Assembly: GCF_005160265.1 (NCBI RefSeq)
Contig: NZ_CP039865.1
Span: forward strand, 806,828-830,827
DNA: 24,000 bases
Direction: 5' to 3'
Source: Phreatobacter aquaticus
GTDB taxonomy: Bacteria; Pseudomonadota; Alphaproteobacteria; Rhizobiales; Phreatobacteraceae
Each line of letters opens with the position of its first letter. Position 1 is the first letter of the stretch. Under the pieces are notes generated by a model, which did not search any database, was not told the DNA's origin, and was given only the letters and a program-made list of their open reading frames with translations. Below are positions 9,299 through 16,907 of the stretch, in pieces. Made by a program: the position numbers and the translations under genes.

Positions 9299-10474
9299 TC
9301 AGCGCTCGATGCACATGGCAACGCCCATGCCGCCGCCGATGCACAGCGTGGCAAGGCCCTTCTTGGCGCCGCGCTTCTGCATCTCGTGGATGAGGGTGAC
9401 CAGGACGCGGGCACCGGATGCGCCGATCGGGTGACCGATGGCGATAGCGCCGCCATTGACGTTCACCTTCGTCGTATCCCAGCCCATGTCCTTGTTGACC
9501 GCGATGGCCTGGGCGGCGAAGGCCTCGTTGGCCTCGACCAGGTCCAGGTCCTTGACGGTCCAGCCGGCCTTTTCCAGCGCCTTGCGGGAGGCCGGGATCG
9601 GTCCGGTGCCCATCACGGCGGGATCGACGCCGGCCGTCGCCCACGACTTGATGGTGGCAAGCGGGGTCAGGCCGCGCCGGGTTGCCTCGGCCTTGGTCAT
9701 CAGCACGATGGCGGCAGCGCCGTCGTTGATGCCCGAGGCGTTGCCGGCGGTGACCGTGCCATCCTTCTTGAAGGCCGGCTTCAGCTTGCCCATCGCCTCG
9801 ATATTGGCGCCGTCACGGATATATTCGTCCGTGTCGACGATGATATCGCCCTTGCGGGTCGAGATGGTGACCGGGACGATCTCGTCCTTGAACTTGCCGC
9901 CGTTGCGGGCCGTCTCGGCCTTGTTCTGCGAGGCGACGGCGAACTGGTCCTGCTCTTCCTTGGTGATCTGCCACTTCTCGGCGACGTTCTCGGCGGTGAT
10001 GCCCATGTGATAGCCGTGGAACGCGTCGATCAGGCCATCCTTCAGCATGGTGTCGACCATTTCGAGCGAGCCCATCTTGGTGCCGTTGCGCAGATGCGCC
10101 ACGTGCTGAGCCTGGCTCATGCTCTCCTGGCCGCCGGCCACGATGATCGTGGCGTCGCCATTGGCGATCTGCTGCATGCCGACCGCAACCGTGCGCAGGC
10201 CCGAGCCGCAGAGCTGGTTGAGCGCCCAGGCGGTCTTCTCCGCGGGGATGCCGGCCTTCATCGCGGCCTGACGGGCGGCGTTCTGGCCAACGCCGGCGGT
10301 GAGGATCTGGCCGAACACGACCTCGTCCACGTCGGCCGGATCGACCTTGGCGCGCGACAGCGCTTCCTTGATGGCGATCGCGCCCAGTTCATGGGCAGGC
10401 AGGCTCGCGAGCGCGCCATTGAAAGATCCGACCGGGGTGCGCGCGGCACCAACGATGACGACTTCTTCGGACAT
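9299..10474 (-). CDS. phaA: acetyl-CoA C-acetyltransferase (beta-ketothiolase)
   Basis: 391 aa. Thiolase motifs are [10 protein letters not shown] (active-site Cys), [17 protein letters not shown] and CIGGGMG. An AGGAGG SD precedes ATG 10474. Confidence 0.95.
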   Translation of the reverse strand: MSEEVVIVGAARTPVGSFNGALASLPAHELGAIAIKEALSRAKVDPADVDEVVFGQILTAGVGQNAARQAAMKAGIPAEKTAWALNQLCGSGLRTVAVGMQQIANGDATIIVAGGQESMSQAQHVAHLRNGTKMGSLEMVDTMLKDGLIDAFHGYHMGITAENVAEKWQITKEEQDQFAVASQNKAETARNGGKFKDEIVPVTISTRKGDIIVDTDEYIRDGANIEAMGKLKPAFKKDGTVTAGNASGINDGAAAIVLMTKAEATRRGLTPLATIKSWATAGVDPAVMGTGPIPASRKALEKAGWTVKDLDLVEANEAFAAQAIAVNKDMGWDTTKVNVNGGAIAIGHPIGASGARVLVTLIHEMQKRGAKKGLATLCIGGGMGVAMCIER

Positions 10475-10543
10475 CGTGTCCTCCTGTTTATAGTGAGCAC
10501 CGCAGCGCGATGGCTTCGATCCGTTCAGAAACCATGTCTACGC

Positions 10544-10640
10544 CTGCCGTTTGATGTCAACACGGCAGAAGGTCGAAGCTCGGCGGGTGCATGCCAACAT
10601 CGTGCGGCGCGCTGCACAAAACCATGGCAGCGCCTGCAAA
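10544..10640. promoter_or_regulatory. candidate PhaR operator / divergent phaA-phaR promoter region (TGC/GCA-rich inverted repeats)
   Basis: CTGCCGT-N11-ACGGCAG lies at 10544-10568 and GCTGC-N11-GCAGC at 10611-10631. TGCATGC, GTGCGGCGCGCTGCAC and GCCTGCA lie between and after them. Confidence 0.4.
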
Positions 10641-10707
10641 AAAAACCTATCGTGACAGTCGATGGCACGGTGGCTGGGGGGCCGCCGCGAGCAGCCCGAG
10701 GGGTAAA

Positions 10708-11319
10708 ATGGCGAAAAGCGATCCGGTCACCATCAAGAAATATGCGAACCGCAGGCTCTACAATACCGGTACGTCGACCTATGTGACGCTGGAAGATCTG
10801 GCTGCGATGGTGAAGGTCGGCGACGACTTCCTCGTCTACGACGCCAAGACCGGCGACGATATCACCCGCTCCGTGCTGACCCAGATCATCTTCGAACAGG
10901 AAGGCAAGGAGGGGCAGAACATGCTCCCCGTCGCTTTCCTGCGGCAGCTCATCCGCTTCTATGGCGACTCGATGCAGCTGCTCGTGCCGCGCTACCTGGA
11001 AATGTCGATCGACAGCCTGACCAAGGAACAGGACAAGTTCCGCGGCCAGATCGGCAATGCGCTTGGCCTGAACCCGCTGGTGGCGCCGTTCGAGCAGCAG
11101 ATCCGCCGCAACATGGAAATGTTCGAGCGGGCCTTCTCGGTGTTCTCGCCCTTCGGCAAGCACGCGGACGGCACCTCGGTCAGCTCACCCGATCTCGAGC
11201 CGGTGACGCCTGCCGCCAAGGCGCCGGCTGCCGAGCCCGCCAAGGAAGGCGACATCGACGAGCTGAAGAACCAGCTCGCCGACATCCAGCGCAAGCTGGA
11301 AGGACTGTCGCGGAAGTAA
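10708..11319 (+). CDS. phaR: polyhydroxyalkanoate synthesis repressor PhaR
   Basis: MAKSDPVTIKKYANRRLYNTGTSTYVTLEDLAAMVKVGDDFLVYDAKTGDDITRSVLTQIIFEQE is the canonical PhaR N-terminal DNA-binding domain. ATG 10708 is preceded by GAGGGG. The ORF-track start at 10591 is an upstream extension. Confidence 0.93.
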   Translation: MAKSDPVTIKKYANRRLYNTGTSTYVTLEDLAAMVKVGDDFLVYDAKTGDDITRSVLTQIIFEQEGKEGQNMLPVAFLRQLIRFYGDSMQLLVPRYLEMSIDSLTKEQDKFRGQIGNALGLNPLVAPFEQQIRRNMEMFERAFSVFSPFGKHADGTSVSSPDLEPVTPAAKAPAAEPAKEGDIDELKNQLADIQRKLEGLSRK

Positions 11320-11335
11320 TCGATGGTGCCTGGCG

Positions 11336-13096
11336 TCAGGCGCTCAGGCGCCTGATGCCATCGAGAGCCGCCGGCAGGGCCTGATCGCGCCACGGCCGCT
11401 CTTCCGATGCATCGCCCGAGAAGGTTCCCTGGAACGCGTCGCAGCCGAGCTCGGCAAGCCGTGCGGCGACGCGCGGATTGGGCACCCATTCGGCGACCGT
11501 CTTCAGGTTCATGTGGCGGGCAAGGCCGATCAGCGTTTCGACGAAATGCCGGTCGTCCTCGCTGCGCTCGAAGTTCTCGACAAAGGCGCCATCGATCTTG
11601 ACGCAATCGACGTCGAGCGTGCGCAGGTTGCGGAACGAGGTATAGCCAGCGCCGAAATCGTCGATCGCGACCTTGGCGCCGAGGCTGCGGATCTTGGCGA
11701 CGAAGCTGCGGGTCTCCTGGATATTGGCGATCGCTGCCGTCTCGGTGATCTCCACCGTCAGCCGCCGGGCCAGGCCGGGATCGATCTTCAGGCGCGCATC
11801 GAGGACCGCAAGCCAGGTCTTGTCCATGGTGGTCGCGGGCGAGACATTGACCGACAGGCTGACGTTCGGCGCCTCCGTCATTTCCTGAAGCGCCAGTTCA
11901 AGCACGCGCAGATCGATCAGCCGGATCAGCCCGAGCTTCTCGGCAAGCGGCACGATCGAGCTTGCCGACAGGAGCGTGCCATCGGCCCGGTGGATCCTGA
12001 GCAGGCATTCATAGGACAGGGGCAGGCCGGTGCGGGCGCTGACGATAGGCTGGAAGGCGAGGTCGACGCGCCGCTCGTTCAGCGCCGCCAGGATCTCGTC
12101 GGTGATGCGCAGGTTCTCGCGCCGGGTCTGCTCGCGCTCGGGATCGGGCAGATAGGCGTGGAAGGCACCGCGGCGGCGCAGCTTGATGCTGTCGAGCGCT
12201 TCCTGGGCACGGCCCATCATCGTGCCGAACGAATGCGCGTGGCGGGGCGCGATGACGCCGCCCATCGTGACGCTGACGACGATGGCGCCGGCGCTGGTCA
12301 GGAACACCTCCTGGCGGACGCCATCGAGAATGCGCTCGGCCGCGACCGCGAGGTCGTCCGGCTGGCAATTGCGCATCAGGATGCCGAACTTGTTGCCCGA
12401 CAGGCGGCCAAGCAGATCGCCGCCGCGCATGCGCGAGCGGATGCGCCGCCCGGCGGCAGCAATGATCTCATCGGCGATGTCGAAGCCATAGGCCTCGTTG
12501 ATATGGCTGAGATTGTCGATGGCCGCGATGAGGAAGCCGATGGAGCCCCGAACCTTCTGGGCATCCTCCAGCGCCTCTTCCAGCACCGCGCAGAAGCGGT
12601 GGCGGGCGAGCTGGCCGGTGAGCGGATCATATTCGCTCGCCTCGACGAGACGACGGTGGTTCTCGACGCGCTCGTTGATCACCCGGACCGTGCCATGGGC
12701 CTTCAGCGGACGCCCGTCGGATGAGGCGAACCAGCGGCCCTGATCCTCGATCCACAAGGTCGTGCCGGACGGCGTGCGGATGGCATATTCGATGTCGTAG
12801 GCAACACCGTCGCCGCGATCCGTGCCGGGCGAGTTGACCACCGCCTCATAGCGCCCGGCCGGAGATTCCGGCACCATCATCTGAGCGAAGGCGCGGCCAG
12901 ATCCGAAACGGTCCATCTCGCCGATGCCCAGCAGCGTGCCGGCATTGGCGCTCCAGCTCAGCTTGTCGGAGGGAACGGCCCATTCATAGGTCGCGGTACC
13001 CACCGACGACAGGATCGCATCCAGGACTGGATCGACGGCAGGATTCTGACTGTCGCTGGATGTCACGGGCTCAGTGCCCGTTGCTGCCGATTCCAT
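11336..13096 (-). CDS. PAS / degenerate-GGDEF / EAL domain protein (probable c-di-GMP phosphodiesterase)
   Basis: EAL-domain residues: YECLLR, SVNVS, EITE, DDFGAGYTSF, KIDGAFV, AEWV, FQG. In the GGDEF domain the signature is SGNKF instead of GG(D/E)EF, with RGGD (RxxD) five residues upstream. A PAS-like segment lies N-terminal to these. I chose ATG 13096 (MESAATG..., AAGGA upstream). ATG 13183 is an alternative start. The 744-aa track ORF includes an Arg/Ser/Ala-rich extension that does not look like coding sequence. Confidence 0.85.
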   Translation of the reverse strand: MESAATGTEPVTSSDSQNPAVDPVLDAILSSVGTATYEWAVPSDKLSWSANAGTLLGIGEMDRFGSGRAFAQMMVPESPAGRYEAVVNSPGTDRGDGVAYDIEYAIRTPSGTTLWIEDQGRWFASSDGRPLKAHGTVRVINERVENHRRLVEASEYDPLTGQLARHRFCAVLEEALEDAQKVRGSIGFLIAAIDNLSHINEAYGFDIADEIIAAAGRRIRSRMRGGDLLGRLSGNKFGILMRNCQPDDLAVAAERILDGVRQEVFLTSAGAIVVSVTMGGVIAPRHAHSFGTMMGRAQEALDSIKLRRRGAFHAYLPDPEREQTRRENLRITDEILAALNERRVDLAFQPIVSARTGLPLSYECLLRIHRADGTLLSASSIVPLAEKLGLIRLIDLRVLELALQEMTEAPNVSLSVNVSPATTMDKTWLAVLDARLKIDPGLARRLTVEITETAAIANIQETRSFVAKIRSLGAKVAIDDFGAGYTSFRNLRTLDVDCVKIDGAFVENFERSEDDRHFVETLIGLARHMNLKTVAEWVPNPRVAARLAELGCDAFQGTFSGDASEERPWRDQALPAALDGIRRLSA

Positions 13097-13313
13097 GTCA
13101 CGCCGATCCTTGATGCCCCACCCTCGGAGTATGGCCGGGAAGGGTGAAGGAACGGTATCCGGAGCTGTCGCCACCTGCATCATGGCCCCGCCAAGTGTCA
13201 GGACTTGTTCAACGACCTGTCCCGAATTGGGATGCGACCTTTCGGCACGCTCGTTGCGCGAACCACACCATCGGCCGGGCGTTGTGTCCTGAAGCCGGAC
13301 CGGAGGTCGGGAC

Positions 13314-13670
13314 ATGGCAAGGATCGGAGCCGTCAGATCGAACACCATGGTGCAGTGGGGACGCCGCTGGGGCGACCTCGAGCGCGCCGATCGCAGGCGC
13401 ATGCCGCGCACTGACGCCAACGCACAGCCGGCACCTGCGCCGACCAATCTGCCCGTTGCCCTTGATGCCCCTGAGCCGAGAGCGCGGATCGCCGCGTCGC
13501 AGCGTCCGGCAGCCCCCTTCATCGCCCAGCTGCTCGCCGATCGGATCGAGGATCCGGCACGCCGCCGCAATGGCCGCCCCGGCGCCGATGTGGCAGACGC
13601 GCTCTATCAGGCTCGCAATGCGAGCTATCGCCCGTCAGCGCCCGGCTCGATCATTCGCCGGGACGCCTGA
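13314..13670 (+). CDS. hypothetical protein (118 aa), no family recognised
   Basis: ATG 13314 is preceded by GGAGG at 7 nt spacing. Third-codon positions are mostly G/C, as in the neighbouring genes. The competing reverse frame is the implausible extension of the EAL gene. The product is Pro/Ala/Arg-rich with a PFIAQLLADRIEDP ... ALYQARNASY segment. Confidence 0.45.
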   Translation: MARIGAVRSNTMVQWGRRWGDLERADRRRMPRTDANAQPAPAPTNLPVALDAPEPRARIAASQRPAAPFIAQLLADRIEDPARRRNGRPGADVADALYQARNASYRPSAPGSIIRRDA

Positions 13671-13680
13671 GGCTCGAGGC

Positions 13681-15270
13681 TCAATAACCGAGCGCCAGTC
13701 CGTCCTTGCGCGGATCGGAGCCGCCGATCAGGAAGCCCGACCGGTCGATCTTGATCATCTGACCACCGCCGATCGGCTTGGTGGTGACATCGACGTCGTG
13801 GCCCATGGCGCGCATCTTGGCGATGACCGCCTCGCCCCAGGTCGGTTCCACTGTCGTCTTCTCACCCTCGAAGAAGCCGCGCGGGCAATCGATCGCCGCC
13901 TGCGGATCCATGCCGAAATCGATCATGTTCGACACGACATGGGCATGGCCGGACGACTGGTAGCTGCCGCCCATCACGCCGAAGCTCGCAGTGACCTCGC
14001 CATTCTCCACCATCATCGCCGGGATGATCGTGTGCATCGGCCGCTTGGACGGGCCGTAGCAGTTCGGGTGGCTCGCATCGAGATTGAAGCTGGAGCCGCG
14101 GTTCTGCAGCAGGATGCCGGTGTCCGGCGTGCAGATCTTCGAGCCGAAATGGTGGAAGATCGAGTTGATGAACGACACCGCGGTCCGGTCGCGATCGACG
14201 ATCGTGCAATAGATCGTGTTGGTGCCCGGCGGCGGCGGCACGATCCGCGGCGTGCGCTTGGTGGGGTCGATCATCGCCGCCAGCTTGCGCGCGAAGGCCT
14301 TGTCGGTGAGTTGGTCGACAGTCACCTTCATCGCGGCGGGATCAGCGACATGCAGGTCGCGGAGCGCATAGGCGAGGCGGGCCGCCTCGACGCCGAGGTG
14401 AAGCCGCTCGGCCGAGAACGGATCCATGCTCTTCAGGTCGAACTGCTCGAGGATGTTGAGGATGATCAGCGCGGTGACGCCCTGGCCGTTCGGCGGCAGT
14501 TCGACCACCTCGGTGCCCTTGTAGGCGGAGCGGATCGGAGTCTCGACCGTGCCGAAATGGCTGGCCAGATCCTCCAGCGTCATGGCGCTGCCCTTGGCGC
14601 GCAGCGTCGCCACGATGTCCTCGGCAACACGGCCCTGATAGAAACCCTTGGCGCCTTCCTTGGCGATGGTCTCGAGCGTCGCGCCGAGCGCGGCGCTGAC
14701 CATGCGGTCGCCGGCCTTGGGCGCCTTGCCATTGACGAGATAATGCCGGGACGCGCCGGCATCCTTCGACAGGGCCTCGACATCGGCGGGCCAATCGAAG
14801 GCCACGCGCGGGGTGACCGGCCAACCCTCCTTGGCATATTTGATCGCCGGCTGGAGAACCCGGCCGAGATCGAACCGGCCATGGGCCTTGAGGATCTGCT
14901 CCCAGGCTTCCACCGCGCCAGGCACGGTGACGGCATGGACATTGGTCGGCGCGATGCCGGTGAGCCCCTGGGCGCGCAGCGCGTCCGGATCGGCAGCCTT
15001 GGCGGCGCGGCCCGAGCCGTTATAGCCCCAGATCGGCTTGCCCGGCTTCGACACCAGCGCGAAGCAATCGCCGCCGATACCGGTCATATGGGGTTCGACG
15101 ACGGCCATGACGCCCACAGCGGCGATGGCGGCGTCGGCGGCCGTACCGCCGGCCTTCATCATTTCGACGGCAGCAGCTGTCGCGAGCGGGTGGGACGTCG
15201 CGGCCATCGCCTCGGTGGCATAGGCGGGAGAGCGGCCGGGACGGTGGAAGTCGCGGGTCAGCATGGTCAT
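13681..15270 (-). CDS. ggt: gamma-glutamyltransferase family protein, no signal peptide
   Basis: 529 aa from ATG 15270, which has a GGAGGA SD. Family blocks: ATSHPLATAAAVEMMKAGGTAADAAIA, GIGGDCF, the putative autoprocessing Thr in PGTNT|IYCTIVDRD, and GVMGGSYQ. The N-terminus MTMLTRDFHRPG has no hydrophobic leader. Confidence 0.9.
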   Translation of the reverse strand: MTMLTRDFHRPGRSPAYATEAMAATSHPLATAAAVEMMKAGGTAADAAIAAVGVMAVVEPHMTGIGGDCFALVSKPGKPIWGYNGSGRAAKAADPDALRAQGLTGIAPTNVHAVTVPGAVEAWEQILKAHGRFDLGRVLQPAIKYAKEGWPVTPRVAFDWPADVEALSKDAGASRHYLVNGKAPKAGDRMVSAALGATLETIAKEGAKGFYQGRVAEDIVATLRAKGSAMTLEDLASHFGTVETPIRSAYKGTEVVELPPNGQGVTALIILNILEQFDLKSMDPFSAERLHLGVEAARLAYALRDLHVADPAAMKVTVDQLTDKAFARKLAAMIDPTKRTPRIVPPPPGTNTIYCTIVDRDRTAVSFINSIFHHFGSKICTPDTGILLQNRGSSFNLDASHPNCYGPSKRPMHTIIPAMMVENGEVTASFGVMGGSYQSSGHAHVVSNMIDFGMDPQAAIDCPRGFFEGEKTTVEPTWGEAVIAKMRAMGHDVDVTTKPIGGGQMIKIDRSGFLIGGSDPRKDGLALGY

Positions 15271-15466
15271 TGGGGCATCCTCCAACGGGCCTTTCGTCGC
15301 GACCCGAAACCTGTCATGACCCGAGATGTGGCGGGCCCAACTGTCGCACACCTAACACAAAGGAAGCCTGGGTTGCCAATGCGGCACGACGGGTTCCATT
15401 TGCACGAAACGCATCGCTCGGCGCAACCAGGACGCGTTGCCTTGGCCGATGCCGAGGGAGAACCCG

Positions 15467-15901
15467 ATGACCGACCTGACACTCGCAGCCGCCCGCACCA
15501 TCGTTGAGAAGGCACTCGCCCACGCCCATGCCGCAAAGTTCAAGCCGCTTGGCGTCGTGGTGGTCGATGCCCGTGGCCTCGTCCGCGCCGCCGAGGTCGA
15601 GGACGGCAGCGCCTTCCTGCGTTTCGACATCGCCCACGGCAAGGCCTTCGGCTGCGTCTCGGTTGGCGTTGGTGGCCGCACCCTGCAGAAATTCGCGACC
15701 GAGCGGCCGCATTTCACCACGGCGCTCGGCGGCCTTACCCGCGACCGCATGACCCCGGTGCCCGGCGGCGTGCTGATCCGCGACCAGGCCGGCGCTCTGG
15801 TCGGCGCTGTCGGCATTTCCGGCGACACCTCCGACAATGACGAACTGGCGGCGATCGCCGGCATTGAGGCCGCAGGCTTCAAGGCCGATACAGGCGCCTG
15901 A
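15467..15901 (+). CDS. GlcG/HbpS-like (DUF336) heme-binding family protein
   Basis: 144 aa containing LTLAAARTIVEKALAHAHA...VVVVDARG...AHGKAF...GGVLI...GAVGISGDTSDNDELAA, which is typical of DUF336. A GAGGGAGA SD precedes ATG 15467. Confidence 0.85.
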   Translation: MTDLTLAAARTIVEKALAHAHAAKFKPLGVVVVDARGLVRAAEVEDGSAFLRFDIAHGKAFGCVSVGVGGRTLQKFATERPHFTTALGGLTRDRMTPVPGGVLIRDQAGALVGAVGISGDTSDNDELAAIAGIEAAGFKADTGA

Positions 15902-15914
15902 GGCTTCCCGAGCC

Positions 15915-15950
15915 TTCTCCCTCCCCGCTTGCGGGGAGGGTCGGGGCGGG
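15915..15950. repeat. REP-like GC-rich palindromic intergenic element (single copy in this window)
   Basis: TTCTCCCTCCCCGCTTGCGGGGAGGGTCGGGGCGGG, with the hairpin CCCTCCCCGC tt GCGGGGAGGG at 15919-15940. It resembles the CCCTCCCC...GGGGAGGG intergenic repeats I recall from many Rhizobiales genomes. Confidence 0.5.
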
Positions 15951-15971
15951 GCTCTAGGACCTCTCAAACGC

Positions 15972-16001
15972 AAAAAAGCCGGTCGCGAGACCGGCTTTCT
16001 T
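15972..16001 (-). terminator. rho-independent terminator of rpmF (may also stop the + strand glcG-like transcript)
   Basis: AAAAAA GCCGGTC gcga GACCGGC TTTCTT. On the minus strand the stem is followed by TTTTTT. Confidence 0.8.
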
Positions 16002-16037
16002 CCCTCCGACGGCGAACCCTTGAAAGGGTCAGCTTGG

Positions 16038-16229
16038 TCAGTCGTTCGTCGTGGCCTTCGGCTTCAGGATCTGCTTGCCGCGATACATGCCGGTCTTCAG
16101 ATCGACATGGTGCGGACGGCGCAGATTGCCGGAATCCTTGTCCTCGACATAGGTCGGGGCCTTGAGCGCGTCATGCGAGCGGCGCATGCCCTGACGCGAC
16201 GGCGAAGTCTTTCTTCTCGGAACGGCCAT
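16038..16229 (-). CDS. rpmF: 50S ribosomal protein L32
   Basis: [55 protein letters not shown] is the canonical bacterial L32 sequence. Confidence 0.95.
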   Translation of the reverse strand: MAVPRRKTSPSRQGMRRSHDALKAPTYVEDKDSGNLRRPHHVDLKTGMYRGKQILKPKATTND

Positions 16230-16354
16230 GGAACTCTCTCTCGGCGGCAGCCCCAGGACCTGATGGCCGCCGCGGCTTGGAATTCGTGAGACGGGGCCTA
16301 TACACGCTTTCGTTCAGGCGTTCCAGAGGCAAAGACCAGAATCTGAAATGGCGC

Positions 16355-16903
16355 TCAATCCGCTGTCACGGCGGGGACCACGCGCATCTCGTCGCCGATA
16401 GCGATCAGGCCCGCCCGCTCCACATAGGCCACCAGCCCGCGCATCCCCCTGGCGGCCCGGACGAAGCCGAATGTGTGACCGTCGATACCCGTGAAGCCCG
16501 CGATCGACTGGCCGGACTTGCGGCAGGGCTTGTTGTAGCCGGTGACGAACAGCGTCGCGCCCGACGGCGCCATCAACCTGGAGCCGACGGCCAGGCGGGA
16601 CAGGTCGGGGATCCCCGCCAGCACGAGATTGCCGCCGATCCATTCGGCCGGCAGGCTCGGGAGAGTCATGGCCGCCGCGATGGTCGCCAACTCCTCCTCA
16701 CCTAGGATCGACACCTGCCGGTCGTTGCGGATGACCGTGCCGCGGGGGTGCCAGGGTTCGCGGGGACCGCTCAGGCGGGTCGGGCCCCAGTGGCGGTCGC
16801 CATCGATGCCGTCGCGCGTCAGATCGAGCCGGTCGACCGCGCGGGTGACGAAGTCGGCCCCCTCGGCCGTGTAGAGCCCCGTGATACTTGCACTGCCCGC
16901 CAC
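16355..16903 (-). CDS. MOSC domain-containing protein
   Basis: 182 aa containing DRLDLTRDGIDGDRH, QVSILGEEEL, GGNLVLAG and the conserved-Cys segment GYNKPCRKSG. The GTG start at 16903 lies 4 nt after the upstream stop. Confidence 0.8.
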   Translation of the reverse strand: MAGSASITGLYTAEGADFVTRAVDRLDLTRDGIDGDRHWGPTRLSGPREPWHPRGTVIRNDRQVSILGEEELATIAAAMTLPSLPAEWIGGNLVLAGIPDLSRLAVGSRLMAPSGATLFVTGYNKPCRKSGQSIAGFTGIDGHTFGFVRAARGMRGLVAYVERAGLIAIGDEMRVVPAVTAD

Positions 16904-16907
16904 AGGT

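Noticed and set aside
10591-10707. 39-aa upstream extension of phaR
   Set aside because: PhaR homologues begin close to the KKYANRRLY motif. ATG 10708 has a GAGGGG SD. The extension covers the putative operator region.
9248-10786. 512-aa + strand ORF
   Set aside because: It is antisense to phaA (an unmistakable thiolase) and runs through the phaA-phaR promoter region, so I treat it as a shadow ORF.
11336-11355. Hairpin TCAGGCGC-tcag-GCGCCTGA between convergent phaR and the EAL gene, considered as a terminator
   Set aside because: It overlaps the last codons and stop of the EAL gene and has no U-tract on either strand. At best it is a weak structural element.
13097-13570. N-terminal 158-aa extension of the GGDEF-EAL ORF (track start 13570)
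   Set aside because: The extension is Arg/Ser/Ala-rich (RRRAGSSIRSASS...RLRSARSRSPQRR) and has no SD at 13570. It overlaps a better-supported + strand ORF and a lower-GC promoter-like stretch. ATG 13096 (or 13183) fits the PAS domain boundary.
13144-15507. 787-aa ORF on the + strand, the longest in this part of the window
   Set aside because: It lies antisense to the strongly recognisable GGT-family gene. Its product is Arg/Gly/Ala/Asp/His-rich with no domain signature. This is a typical shadow ORF in high-GC DNA, where stop codons are rare in the antisense frame.
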